A stretch of 38,159 nucleotides of DNA, taken from positions 1 to 38,159 of the forward strand of contig NW_021835822.1 in NCBI RefSeq assembly GCF_006345805.1. The letters run 5' to 3'. Under the pieces are notes generated by a model. The model was given only the letters and a program-made list of their open reading frames with translations. It made no database searches and had not been told where the DNA came from. Both the position numbers and the translations under genes were made by a program. This DNA comes from Octopus sinensis. Lineage: Eukaryota. Positions 35,918 through 38,159 of the stretch are shown here, piece after piece (the first letter of the stretch is position 1; every line of letters begins with the position of its first letter).

Positions 35918-36082
35918 TGTCTGACTGGCAGGATGAAGCAGCTGACCTCCCCTGTTCGAAGGTTTATAATGGACGCAGGTTGTGTGTCAAATTGCTAGCT
36001 TGAGGCGGTGGCCTCTTGAGCTAATCAGCGACAGCTTTAGTCTTATATTTATAAGACTGCCATATAAGTATGGCAATAACTA

Positions 36083-36124
<42 letters not shown>

Positions 36125-36147
36125 TATTTATATATTTGTGTATATAT

Positions 36148-37147
36148 AATGCTGAAATTATTGTATACAGTGCTCAGGTGCACCACAACTTCTCAAAAGT
36201 GTGTATAAAGCATATTGCAGTAATGTACAAACGTCTGGAAAGCGAACAGTGTATGAGTCAGATAGATTCTTGCGTGTGTATGGAGGGGAGAAAATCAGGT
36301 TTAGTGTTGGCGAATCTCAGGAAGCATGGAAGTTTTGAAGGATGCAGTGCTCCGACAACTAACAAGTGATGTCGGCAGTTTGTTCCTTGCTTCAGCAACT
36401 CTTAACGTGAAAAAATGTTTCCGAAAGTCATGGGAGCTGTGCTGTTTTCTTGCATTTGTAAACATGTCCACGGGTGTTAGACATTATGGAGTTTGAAAAG
36501 GTGCTCAGAGTTATTGTTTTTAAGATGGTTAATAATTTTATGGGTGTCTGCCAAGTCAGCTGCCAGACGTCGGAGTTTCAATGTATCCATGCCCAGGGAC
36601 GTAAGGCGTTCAGAATATGGCAAATGCCTGATGGAGGGTATTCTCTTGGTTGCACGTCGCTGTACGGCTTCCAGATGATTAATATCCTGGGCAAGATAGG
36701 GGTTCCAGACCGGTGATGCAAATTCCAGGTGAAGTCGTACCATAGCTATATAAAGCCGCAGGTAGATAGCCGGAGAGCTGCTCACAAAGGACTTGGTGAG
36801 TGATGCCAAGACACTCTCAGCCTTCTTGGCAATTTTAGCGATGTGTTTTGTCCAACGCAAAACTCTGTCGACAATAACACCCAGGTCACGTTCACACGCA
36901 GACTTTTGAGATTAGTGTCGTGGAGGGAGTAGGTGGATGCTGGGTTTCTCCTAACAAAATGCATGGTGGTACATTTGTCCACAGCCAGCTTGAGTTGCCA
37001 GTCCATGATCCACTGCTGCATTGTGTCCAGGTCTGTTGCAATAGAGATCTATAGTGTACAGGATCTGACATCTTTATTTCGAGGTACAGCTTGATGTCAT
37101 CTGCATATTTCAGCACTGTGGCATTCTTTAAGTGTGGCATCTATGGC
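36148..37147 (-). mobile_element. 5'-truncated CR1/L2-group LINE (RT C-terminal part plus 3' UTR)
   Basis: KYADDIKLY, ERDLGVIVD, HLEFASPVWNPY, LEAVQRRATK, LPYSERL, LKLRRLAADL; at least two frameshifts. Confidence 0.92.
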
Positions 37148-37158
37148 ATATATATTAT

Positions 37159-37197
<39 letters not shown>

Positions 37198-37342
37198 TAT
37201 ATATATGTTATATAAGTCAGTAAATGGTGGGGATATGTATATATTATAATATATGTATATATATATTTATTATAATATTATATATTATATTTATAATTAT
37301 ATATATATATTTTATATATATATTTTTATATATATATATATT

Positions 37343-37381
<39 letters not shown>

Positions 37382-37397
37382 TTTATATATACTTATT

Positions 37398-37428
<31 letters not shown>

Positions 37429-37578
37429 ATATAGATAATTGGGGAAAATAAATTTCCAAATCACTCAGGTGCTGCACCATTCAGCGTTATATAGCGATTA
37501 CATATCGTCTTTGGGGGTCTTATTTATCGTATATTTATATATTTATCTACAAATATACAAAGTATCTGATAAAAGTCA

Positions 37579-37836
37579 ATATTCAATTCTTTTGGGATTA
37601 ATTGATATGCGGGTATTCTATTTCAGATAATACAAAAATAACCTAATTAGTATATCTGACAGTAAGCTCATGCTATCAGTTTGCAAATCACGAGATAATA
37701 CTAGCTTAAGCAAGAATTATTTCGTGATGTGCAAACTGATACCATGAGTTTACTGTCAGATATACTAATTAGGTTATTTTTGTATTATCTGAAATAGAAT
37801 ACCCGAATATCGATTAATCCCAAAAGAATTGAATAT
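37579..37836. repeat. 258-bp quasi-perfect palindrome centred on GCTT|AAGC
   Basis: 121-bp arms with 6 mismatches; the 16-nt middle is itself nearly palindromic. Confidence 0.92.
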
Positions 37837-37845
37837 ATATATATA

Positions 37846-38159
37846 TTGGGTTAGCAACTAAGTTCCCGCCGTTTTTCTAAATTTAAATTTTTTAAAAAGT
37901 TTTAATAAAAAATAACAAATAATCAATAATGTATTCAGCCTTGTTGTTTACAACTTCTTCCCAACGTTCAACAAGATTTTCAATACCTCGTTGTTAGAAA
38001 TCACCCGATTTCGACTCGAAAAATTGATCCAACCAAGCTCTCAAATCTGCATCAGTTTGAACGGAAATCCGCACATAGCATTTGAAAGAGATCGAAAGAG
38101 GTGGAAATCCGTTGGTGCCAAATCAGGAGAGTACGGCGGGTGTGGAAGCACTTCCCCCC
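37846..38159 (-). mobile_element. Mariner transposon 3' end (continues beyond the window)
   Basis: TA|TTGGGTTAGCAACTAAG TIR-like end; EVLPHPPYSPDLAPTDFHLFRSL and RGIENLVERWEEVV; one frameshift and one stop. Confidence 0.92.

Overview
AT-rich, repeat-saturated eukaryotic DNA (intergenic or intronic). I recognise no host protein-coding exon, rRNA, true tRNA gene or CRISPR array. Most ORFs in the supplied track are read-throughs of microsatellites or SINEs. The SINE types and microsatellite load suggest an octopus/coleoid cephalopod genome (inference). Identifiable content: about 30 tRNA-derived SINE copies or fragments from at least 4 families; decayed RTE and CR1-type LINE 3' fragments; a DD37D (maT-type) Tc1/mariner and a mariner end; Helitron/Helentron-like elements; and many microsatellites. 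The most striking signal is a dense set of about 11 minimal type I hammerhead-ribozyme motifs from about 7 unrelated short elements. Nearly all have a self-complementary stem III, the hallmark of Penelope-like pseudo-LTR/retrozyme ribozymes. Several lie in head-to-head fold-back palindromes whose centre is at the ribozyme 5' edge. One element has a 418-nt unit whose 5' end coincides with its own predicted cleavage site. All ribozyme folds were made by eye and are untested.
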